From: Lama glama
Taxonomy: Eukaryota
Direction: 5' to 3'
NCBI GenBank assembly: GCA_028534125.1
Contig: CM052818.1
Coordinates: 28,522,001-28,586,000 of the forward strand
DNA: 64,000 bases
The position numbers and the translations under genes are program-made. Shown here piece after piece: positions 13,298-23,139 of this stretch (the stretch's first letter is position 1; every line of letters starts with the position of its first letter). The notes beneath the pieces are model-generated. The model was not told where the DNA came from. It did no database searches and was given only the letters and a program-made list of their open reading frames with translations.

Positions 13298-13984
13298 TTT
13301 TGCTTTTAAAATGGGTATTTTAGAGCAAAATTCAATCATATATAGGCAAATCAATGATTGGTTCACTAGATTTAAAGGGCAGCTCTTTGCCCCAAATGCA
13401 GTACTGCCTCAGGACCAGCTTTGACTGAATCAAGGCAGCCAGGCTGTGGTGTGCAATTTGAAATGCCTGAATGTTACAAAGCTTTGCCTGAAAGCAGGAG
13501 TGATTGTTTCCAAATAAACAATGTAGTTTGCTAGTATGTACCAGAGAAACACGATGTTATTACTTGTACTTCTGCAGCAATTTGTTTGTTTTCCAATGCA
13601 AGAGTGATCATCCTTCCCTCATGCTTACCAAAAAGAGATAAGAGAAATAAAGAAGGCTTCTGCTTTCCAGACAAAGAGTATTGATTGTTCAGCAAACCAG
13701 TAAGGACAAGTAAGTACTATATGGAAATCATAGTAACACTATGATGATCTCTGTGGACAAAAATCAATAGAAAGGGAATGGTTTTATAAGAGATATACAA
13801 TGTTATTATTCTAATACCTCAAGACATAAAGCTGAGGCATTTGAGTGTGACATGATATACCAGCTGAACTGAGTGGGAAACCATGGTGGCCAAAAAGATA
13901 TCAGTCATTTCTGATAGCACATAACTCAACACCTCTCCACCTCCTCCTCTACCAACAAACACCCAGGAATGAGCTCCAGTTACA

Positions 13985-14404
13985 TTTTCTTTCAGTTCCT
14001 CAATTTGTTGCCATTTCTGAACTTCATTCTCACCTCAGGGCCTTTACCCTTGCTGTTTCTTCTGCCTAGAACATTGGTTACTGGTTCTTTCTCATCATTC
14101 AGGTCTCTCCTCGAAAGTGCTTCCTGTGAGAAGACTTGCCAAACCACTGCATCTAAAAAACCCCTACACTTTATCCCATGCCAGTGTCACTGTCTAGCCC
14201 ACTACCTTGTTTGCATTTACTTCATAGCCTGTACGTCTCTCTGTGGTTGTTTCTTTCTTTGTCTATTTTTTTTTTTTTGTCTCCTACCTCAGTAGAATGT
14301 AAGCTCTATTTTCTATCTTGTTCAGTATTGTCTTCCCCAGACTCCAGAAGTCTATTTGGAATGTAGTGAGTGCAAAATAGGTATTTGTTTAATGAATAGA
14401 TGAA
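13985..14404 (+). mobile_element. L2a 3' end
   Basis: CCTCAGGGCCTTTACCCTTGCTGTTTCTTCTGCCTAGAAC..TAGAATGTAAGCTC..TATTTGTTTAATGAATAGATGAA. Confidence 0.85.
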
Positions 14405-16569
14405 ACCTTTTAATGACTGTTTCTTCTGGTGTACATCTGTCATCTTTTCCACCATCAGATTGCAAATTTCTTGATAGCAGGGCTAGGAAAATGTTCCCTT
14501 CTCTTACCCCTTCTCCCTAAAGAAAGCTGCACAATCTAGCTCATCCTATTAGATCACTTTCATTTTGGATTCCTTGAACAAATATTAACTCTTTGGAGAG
14601 AAAGAGGCTTGCTATTTAGAAGTATTTGCTGTTTATGTTTGTTATTTCAGCCATTGGTCAGCAACGTTTCTTTGAGGGTGTAAGACAGATATAAGATACT
14701 ATTACTAATTTATTTGTCTTTCCTCTCCACTGTTACAGGAACATTGTTACCATATAAACGTAATCTTCCACCAAACAGAAAACACTTTTTATGAGGGAAA
14801 GATCTTTTGCTCTTCAACTGGACATAGAAATCATGAAAAAGTAAGGGGAAAAAAAAAGTCAGTATTTTTAAGCTTTTAAAGCTTCATGATGTTCAATTGA
14901 CTAACTGGTTCTTACACTTTAGCTATTGCTTAATTAGCTATAAAGGAGAAATTATCTTTGGTCCAAAAAGAAAGATAAACTACATCTTTTATTCCAAAAG
15001 GAAAAATCTAATTATAGCTTAAAAAGTTGATATGAATAATACAGATACAAAACATAGAAGAGAATTATTAAATTGCTTCACTAAAGTGTTAGTAGTAGAT
15101 GGACTTCTTTTAGGTCAGCATTTCTCCCCCCATATTCCATGAGAATTGTTTATTCATTAGGTTCCTTTGCTAACTGGGAAATTATTACCTTAAAAGGTTT
15201 AGTCCATACATTTTCTATATTCTCCATTCCAGTCTCATTTCTAGAAAGGTTTTCTAAAAACAAAAATGTACCTTCTACTGCTCGTGTGTATTTATGAGTT
15301 TGAGATTAAAACCTAGATGCTACATACGCAAACTTGAGGACTCAACATCTAAATTATGGCTTGCAAGAAAACTTGTTAGCATTTTCAACAATTTTCTCAA
15401 GTATAAATTCAGAGAAAATCAATCCACTTTCTCTTTTTTTACTCTCAGGCTTAAGTTGTAATTTTACACTATCCAATATCTCTCTGAAGCCCACGATACA
15501 CTTTTCAACTTCTTTTCTAACTACATATTCCATACTGATCCTTTGGAGTTGATCTTGAAAGAAAATTAATGGGCTCTTTATTCAGCATTGCAGTGTTTCA
15601 GGTAGCAAATGCATGACAACTACTTAACCAATCTCTGAGTAGCCAACCAGTGATGTGGCATTAATGATTTTAGAGAAGGTTAACTAAGTACATCTATCAC
15701 TTTGTCATGTGTAGTAAAAGAATGCATCAATCAGGGCATAAGAGAGATCTTTGTTTCTGTCTGTAGGTACTACTGAAATGTGTTACAAAAAGCAATAGAA
15801 CAGATATGGTAAGCTGCATTTATGTTGATTAAATAAAACAAAGAAAAAGCTAAAAGGTAGAAGTCTGGTAATATAGCTCTTAGAATAAAGCAGAAGCCAG
15901 TTTCCTGAGACAGAAACCCACTTAAGGCATTTGACATTCCTGAGCAGTTTTTCCAATATCAGTGTCTTATAAACATGATCCAAATGATTGAACTATTAAC
16001 TTTTTCAAAATGCTATTTAACCTGATACAAGGAGAAGCAGATTGATAATCCAGTCATGAGTGTTTTACCCTGATATTTATTTAATTCCACTCTATATGGA
16101 ATTCATTTGGGAGATTCTCGATGTTCTTCCATCCTAACACAAAAGCCTAATGTTTGTCTTTGCAGCAGTATCCTCCCTGTATCTTTATCTTTTTACTACT
16201 GGAATCTCTCTATTCCAGTACATCCTGCCATCTGGAATTTCATTAGCAAAAGCAGAGGAGAAAGGTATCTTACAAGAGATGGAAGAAAAAAAAGTATCTG
16301 TTGAGTGTTTGGTAAGAATGAAATAACTGAAGGAGGAGATAGGAGGAATAAAGAGGTTCAAGATAGTCCTTAAGGCAGGCAAGGAAATTATATGAGCAAG
16401 TAAAAAATATAATTTGAAATATAGCTGAAAGCCATTAAAACCCAATGATAAAGGAAGTGATAAGTTATATTTATTCACAGAAGGATTAAAAACAAACATT
16501 TTGTTATAAGAGAATAAGAATTGAGGACTACTTTCAAATAATTTTCAAGTATAAATAAAATTTTAAAAA

Positions 16570-16960
16570 ATGTTACAGACATATTCTTATGAATATCCAA
16601 TAAAGTGAAAACTGATGTAACATTTTTGGGAAATAATTTAGTAATGTTATAAAGAGCCTTAAAGTTGTTAATATTCTTTGATAATAATTCCCATTCAGGA
16701 AATCTATTTGAAGTAAATACTCTGAAATTAAGAAACTATACATGAAACACAGTAACAGTGTTATTTATAATAATCAAAATATTGAGCCAATCTAAATTTT
16801 TAACAGTAGAGAAATGTTTAAATAAATATCATAGATCCATTCAAATATTTTTTTGGAGAATGATACATAGGAAATGATTCATTATAAAATGTTAGGGAAA
16901 TAAAATAAAAAACACATCATACCCTGTATATTATTATTATCACTATTTTATATATAAACA
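16570..16960 (+). mobile_element. L1ME-like 3' region
   Basis: TAATTCCCATTCAGGAAATCTAT, CAGTGTTATTTATAATAATCAAAATATTG, TAACAGTAGAGAAATGTTTAAATAAAT. Confidence 0.6.
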
Positions 16961-17059
16961 TATATTTATTTATATTCATGAGATAGAAGCATCTCCGCTT
17001 TTATTTGTTAAAGGAATCCTGAAAATAATTACATTATTGATGGAAATGAAAATTATTGG

Positions 17060-17565
17060 AGAAAGCATAGTGTGGGCTTTGGAATTTCAATAATCTGAAT
17101 TCAACTCTCACTGCTACATGGCAGAAATATTTAGTGCTTAATTGAGGTTTCCATGTGCCTAACCTCCCACTGGCTTATGTTGGAACTATGATAGTAGTTT
17201 CAGTTCCTGATCAAAGACTATAAAATGCGTTGCTTCCATGTTAAGAAGTTAAGCACCTAGGTGCCTCTACCACCCTTCCCTCCCGTTGCAACGGTGTCTT
17301 TCAAGGTTATGTGTTCCAAGTAGTGTTCTTATAAAATGGAGGACAGTCTAACTCAAACTGTGATGTGACTGAGAAATAGATTTACTGTTTTAAGTCAGTG
17401 AGGCTTAAGGGACTGTCTGTTCCTAGAGCATGACCTAGCCTATCCTGACTAATACACATTACTTAACAGCTCTTGTGAACTTGAAATGGTTATTTAATCT
17501 AAGCCTTTATTTTGTTACTTGTAAATCTAGGCTGAACAGCACTGAAACATATCTCATAGAGATGC
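17060..17565 (+). mobile_element. MIR SINE split by MLT1J
   Basis: MIR head GTGTGGGCTTTGGAATT..CTGAATTCAACTCTCACTGCTAC resumes after the LTR as ACTTAACAGCTCTTGTGAACTTG. Confidence 0.6.
17119..17456 (+). mobile_element. MLT1J-like MaLR LTR
   Basis: Ends GAGAAATAGATTTACTGTTTTAAGTCAGTGAG..GCATGACCTAGCCTATCCTGACTAATACA. Confidence 0.8.
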
Positions 17566-18133
17566 TTTAAGCATACAAAGTTTTAGTTGTGCAAGATGAA
17601 TACGTCCTAGAGATCTGTTATATGGCAATAGTGCCTATAGTTTAACACTGTATTATATACATTCGGCCTTCCAAATCCACAGGTTCTGTACCCATGGATA
17701 CAACCAACCTCAGATTTTGATCCATAGTTGATTAAATCGTAGATATGGAACCATGGATATAGAGAGCCAACTGTACTATGCCATTTTATAATGGAAAGGA
17801 CTTGATTGAGCATCTGCTGATTTTGGTACAGGGGATGGTCCTAGAGCTAATCTCCCAAGGATACCAAGGGACAACTGTACTTAAAAAGAATTTTTTTAAA
17901 TTAAAAAAAATTAGAGCTTATGTTAGGTATTATCAGCAGCAGCAACAGCAGCATCGACAAAGAGGGCAAGAAATTTTTGGAGGTGGAAAACACATTTATG
18001 GCATAGATTGTGGTTTGTGGTTTTACCACTGCACACTCATCAAGTTGTATACATTATACTTCAAATACATATAGCTTTTTGTATGTCAATAATACCTCTA
18101 AAGTGTTTCAAACATTAATTTAGTAAAAAAAAT
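17566..18133 (+). mobile_element. L1MB2-like 3' end, interrupted by a Tigger MITE
   Basis: CAAGATGAATACGTCCTAGAGATCTG..; TTTTTGGAGGTGG..TTTATGGCATAGATTGTGGT..ACTCATCAAGTTGTATACATTA..TAGCTTTTTGTATGTCAAT. Confidence 0.8.
17660..17877. mobile_element. MER2/MER8-family TcMar-Tigger MITE
   Basis: Termini CATTCGGCCTTCC...GGATACCAAGGGACAACTG with TA on both sides (17658-59, 17878-79). Confidence 0.85.
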
Positions 18134-19944
18134 ACTTATAAAATGACTGCACAATAGTTTTGATGAAGTTTGAATTCCTCTAAGGCAAAATAATAAAATC
18201 TCATATTCCACCTACACATACCCTCCATATGCGTGACCCTTTAGAATGGAGGCCAATCACTACACATGTCCAATTATTTTTTTAAAAATTGGTCAGAATA
18301 AAAAAATAGTGCAAAATAGGCAATGTCTCAGATTTGGGAGCAGACTAAGATAAGGAAAAGTGAAAATGAGAGCTAAAAAGACAAGGATAGAAGGCAAAGC
18401 TACATGACCTCTAAAAGCAGAGTTCTGTGAGTCTCAAAATAACCTAAAAAATAAAATCTAACATTGTTTCAAGGTTCACTTAAAATAATCATCACATACT
18501 TTAAATGAGTTAGAAACATGGCTTCGTGTTTGTCAGAGTTATTAAGGGGATCAACTCACAATATATTATACATAAAAAAATAACAGAATGCTTTTTGTTT
18601 TCCAAGGAAAAAAGAGGAAATGCATGTGGTGGCAGGGGAAACTAGCAAAATTAGTTTAGAGAAAGCAAGGAAGAGATGGAGAATTGTATGGTTTAGAGAG
18701 AGGAAAAACAACAACCGCAGCCATACCCACAGAACTCATTACTGCACTCTTGAAAGCTGGCCAAACTGTTTTAATAGTATATTTTTCTCTAGGGCTATAA
18801 GCTCCATTAACAGAAACTATGATATAACTTTGAAACTATCTGTATTAGCTCCACTAAATTATTTCTTTTCCCCAAACCGCACTGCATAAAGCAGCAAACC
18901 CCTGGTTGGTTAACTAAGTACTAAAATTTTGGAAATACAATAAATACATCTGTAAGATTTTTAAGATTCCAACAATAATCTCAAAGGGAAAACTATACTC
19001 ATCCAATCACTCTGGTACTGCATCACAAAGCACTGAATAGAAAAGTCAGTAAAAGCATCCGAGCAGAGAAAGGCAATCTGCAGTCAACATCAGGTTTGGA
19101 AGGGAGATGTCAGATAAAAAATCATTTAGATTTACCAAAATTTACTTCCTAATATTTGGTGTTTAGACAGCATGGAATTCAGAGCATACATCCAATCTTA
19201 TTTTTGTCCCTTTTTCTTTTACCCTCTCCTTAACGTTCTATATTCACTATAATAAGCTATTGATACATATTCATGTCAAGAAAAAACTTTGCCAGCCTGA
19301 GTTTCCATTGGCCATTTCATAATACACCAAAAATGTATTTGTAAAAAAAAATTAATTATCACCAAATTCAAATATTAGTATCTAGTCACCTTAAACAAAG
19401 CCATTTTATAGGGGGAAAAAGAATACCAGAAATTATTTACTGGTTTTGCTGTTGACTGTTTATAGCTACAATTCTTATATGAAAATTCTGAATATCTATC
19501 CATAAAAGACAGAATGGCTAAGCACCACCATATGTAGAATGTGATGCTATCTAAACCAGAGAGCCCAGCCTTTCAGTCATGATAACACGGTAAAAGGCCA
19601 CGGCCTTTGGAAGCAGATGGGGCTTTGCATAGAGGTTTTGCTGAGTTCCTATGAGCAAGTCCCTCTGCCACTCGGAAGATCAGCATGATGTTGCCTCTTA
19701 CTGCTATGAAGGATGGCTCTTGAGACATAGTTAATATAAATAACTTAGAAAAATTCTTATTATCAAGAGATGTGCATCCTTTTCTCTCAGTTACTTCCTT
19801 CTAAATATAGGCTGTCACTTTTGTAGTGGTTAGCTTTTCCTATCCCCAAAACTTAACCATGGCTTATATCTTCAATGTGCTGTTAAGTCCTAGATTGAAT
19901 TCAAGTAAAGACATATGACTTTTTATTCCTTTATATAGTACCAC

Positions 19945-20180
19945 ATTCATTCAAAAATAATTTTTGAAAGCACAATATTGTGGGTATACAAACATGCAAA
20001 ATATCTACAGTAACTCCCCCTAGGGAGTTTATAATCTTATGAGATGACAAACCAAAAACATACAGAACAGCTAAGAAAGTAAGATAAAGTGAATTCACTT
20101 TGAAGGAACAATTAAGAAGGATTCAAAATGAGCTGGAGTCTGGTGCTAGGTGAGGCTGGCTTCCTGGAGAAGGAGACTCA
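19945..20180 (-). mobile_element. L2 3' fragment
   Basis: CATTCATTCAAAAATAATTTTTGAAAGCAC tail; TAGGGAGTTTATAATCTTATGAG. Confidence 0.55.
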
Positions 20181-20779
20181 AACATAAAAGAGAAAACATG
20201 TCTCCCTCTCTAGAGCAATTCTTGCATAGCTATTCTGCATGTGCTGCATCTATAAATTGTGGGATAGAGATACTGATTTTTATCTATCCCTGTGATTTCT
20301 GAGTACAAAAGAAAATTTTTGTTCCATACTATTTGAGCTAACCCTATACCTCTAATTGCTCCTCAAACACAAAAAACAGAAATTAATGTGAAGATTATAA
20401 AGCATACTTTTTATAAAATATAATAAGTAAATATAAGAAATATTTAATGAGAATTATTCAAAAGGAAATGTTAGATATGGCTTAGTAATAAGAAAAAAGC
20501 TGAGAAAAAAATTAAAAAGAGAAAATAACCAGAAACAGACACCAACTGTATTCTTAAAAATTAAGCCATAAACAATGAGATTACATATAACCGGTGTCAA
20601 AGGAAAAAGTGCAAAAACAATATAGCATGACAATTCTAAACAATCTTTGAAGTCAGAAAATTTAAAAAGTAAGAAAATCTTTCTTGAAATTAGCATTTGT
20701 GAATCTACAGTCCAAAAATCTGGAGGTGCTTCATGGAAAAAGTTACGGTATAGGTTTGAAATATGTGCTTTTTTTTTTA

Positions 20780-20965
20780 AACTGTAGCCCTTCTCAGAGC
20801 CTTTGCTTAGTTAACATGCATTGTTCTAACTATTCAAAGGTAGAGGGAGTGTAACAAGTTTCCAAGGTTATCTGAGCACAGAATTCTCCCTTATCCTCAA
20901 AGAAAATATTTAGAAATATCTTGAGTAACAGCAGTATTCTTTGAAACATAGTTTGGGAGATATAC
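20780..20965. mobile_element. MER103C-like hAT-Charlie element
   Basis: CTCAGAGCCTTTGCTTAGTTAACATGCATTGT..GTTTCCAAGGTTATCTGAGCACAGAA..GAAACATAGTTTGGGAGAT. Confidence 0.55.
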
Positions 20966-21282
20966 CACCACACACATAAACAGTCAAATCTATCAATATA
21001 GCAAATTTATATCAACTGTCTAAACTAGTAGAAAGGGCTCTTCATAACTGAATTTTTCTGTGTCCAGATAACTGCTTTACATGTGCTTTCTTTGCAAAAA
21101 GAATTTAGCTGAACTTCTTTTTAGCCCCTACCGGCTTTTCCAGGTTCCAGGCTACCTAGTATATTCAGTAACACTTCAACACCCTTTGGATAAGTATTTG
21201 ACCATACCCCAATGATGTGATTGTAGTCACTATAATAAATCGACACATTGGCAGAGCAAGGGGATGAACAGCAAAGGTATAA

Positions 21283-21440
21283 TTATAGAATCTGAGAGAC
21301 AGAAATCACTTCAGAGATCCTCTAGTCAAACTCTCGTTTTACAAATGAATAAACTGAATATAGGTGGTAAAAAGACTTTTCTAGGGTCTCCTAATCAACT
21401 GGTAGAAACGGTTTCTCCCATCTCAGCCTAGTCCATGCCT
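21283..21440 (-). mobile_element. MIR3/MIRc SINE
   Basis: TTCAGAGATCCTCTAGTCAAACTCTCGTTTTACAAATGAATAAACTGA. Confidence 0.7.
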
Positions 21441-21852
21441 TTCAAGAGAAAATTAAAGCTGTTTAAAACTACATTTAATTTTGAATTTATTTTTAAACTG
21501 GTCTTTAATAAGCTTAAAGGAAAAAAAATGAATGAATTGTGATAAATTATATTTTTTCTCATCTATTCCCCCCAAAACCATCCCAACATCTAGCAAAGTT
21601 CTTTAATACCCAGTAGGTTCTCACTAAATGTCTCTTAATTAAATGGCTATGACCATCTGAATTCAGAGAATAAAAAGAATGAAGTGGTTGTTTACTTTAT
21701 AAAGTGATTCTTCCCCAAACAGAAGGCTCAAACCAGCCCTGAATCCCTTTTGTCTTCACCTGCTGTGCTGTGAAAAGCAGAAGCCACTGTGCTGAGAGCT
21801 ACCCCCTGGGGCCACAGCCAGGCCAGGGTGGCACTTCCACTGGCCAATGCAT

Positions 21853-22302
21853 TGTCAGGGAGGCGGAAATTTCCCCTCAACCCCTCTTGAATTTTTGTGG
21901 TTGAATTAACAATAAAATTGACACAAGACAGATTAACAAGAGAAAAAGAGGCAAATTTAATTTGTACACATTGTGGTCTCACAGAAATGGACCTAAGAAG
22001 TGGCCAAAGCAGGCAGCTTTTATACTTTTTAAACAAACAATAAATCTGACAAGAACTGACAGGACAAAGACACCGGGAGCTTGGGTAGTAAATTAGTAAA
22101 GGAGTAACAGGTTTTCACAGGCTTTTCAGCCCTGAATTCCCTGCCTCTTGTGATAAAGAAGCCTTTCTACCTCCTGGTATAGGGAAGGCACCTTTCACGT
22201 GGAAGAGGAATTTTCTGCTTTCAGGAAGACAGGGAAAGTGTCAAACTGTCACTCTTGCATCAGCCATTTCTTAATTAAGTTTAGTTTCAAATAATCAAAG
22301 TG
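21853..22302 (-). mobile_element. ERV1 LTR (MER34/LTR39-like, Laurasiatherian), 5' end eroded
   Basis: Minus strand has the TATA-like AAGTATAAAAGCTGCCTGCTTTGGCCACTTCTTAGGTC and ends ..CCCTGACA; homologous to the LTR at 30272-30757. Confidence 0.75.
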
Positions 22303-22794
22303 AGAAAACTTTTACTAAGCAATTTCTAGAATGCTCGGAGCTCTCTTAAAAAATAAGTTAGAAGGGGATTCGATTTTCAGCATATGCAATGAGTACATGA
22401 GCTTGACAGATAAGTTTTGGTTTGGGGAGATTTTTTAGCTGCTAGATATAGTGTTATAAAACTGTCTTTAACATTTGAAAGCTGATATTTGTCATACTAA
22501 CATTGTTCAACACTTACAACTTTTTGAGTTAAAACTGAAAATGCCTTTTTCCACTTGGATACATTTTTTTAAATGGATTTTCTGTTCAAGTGTTCTACAA
22601 ATATTCATTCACATATTGAAATACCTGCCATAACTTTACATCAAGAAGAGGAAAAGCCTGAGTAAATAACAAGACAATGAAAGTGGAAATCTGGTTATTA
22701 AAATTTAGCATATTTGAGTATAAGATGATTACATCAACTCTTACAGTGTCATAGTTGATAGAAGATTGGCCTCAACAAAACTGAAAGCTCCTTG

Positions 22795-23135
22795 CAACTT
22801 AACATTTATTGAATAGCTCTTCTATGTATATTCTGTGTGCATTATTCCACTGGAGGCTATGGTTAATACAAGCATAGGGTGTGCTTCCTGCCGTTAAAAC
22901 TATTATATAGTACATACTATTATACAGTGATATAAAAGTGACACGCACATGAATAAGATGAAACAGAAACAGTGAAAGAACCACATGGATAATACAAATT
23001 GTTATGGGGTAGAGATTCTTGGAAGAGACTGAATTAGGGATGTGCTGGAAAGGTGGACAGAATTTCAACTGATGGAGTGAATGAAGTAGCAGGAACTAGA
23101 GTTAGGAATATTCCAGTAAGAACAGGAGAACAGTA
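22795..23135 (-). mobile_element. L2 3' fragment
   Basis: TTAACATTTATTGAATAGCT tail and purine-rich antisense body. Confidence 0.6.
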
Positions 23136-23139
23136 AAAA

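Noticed and set aside
12726..13709. Further short + strand exon candidates (12726-12769 and 13671-13709)
   Set aside because: Acceptors are weaker, and their phase hits a stop when joined to the 14739 candidate
15449..15601. 153-nt segment between a strong acceptor and CAG/GTAGCA
   Set aside because: Stops in all three frames and a weak donor; it shows how common pseudo-exons are here
17778..18074. 98-aa ORF with a polyglutamine run
   Set aside because: Lies across a Tigger MITE and an L1 3'UTR; the CAG run is a microsatellite in the L1 A-rich linker
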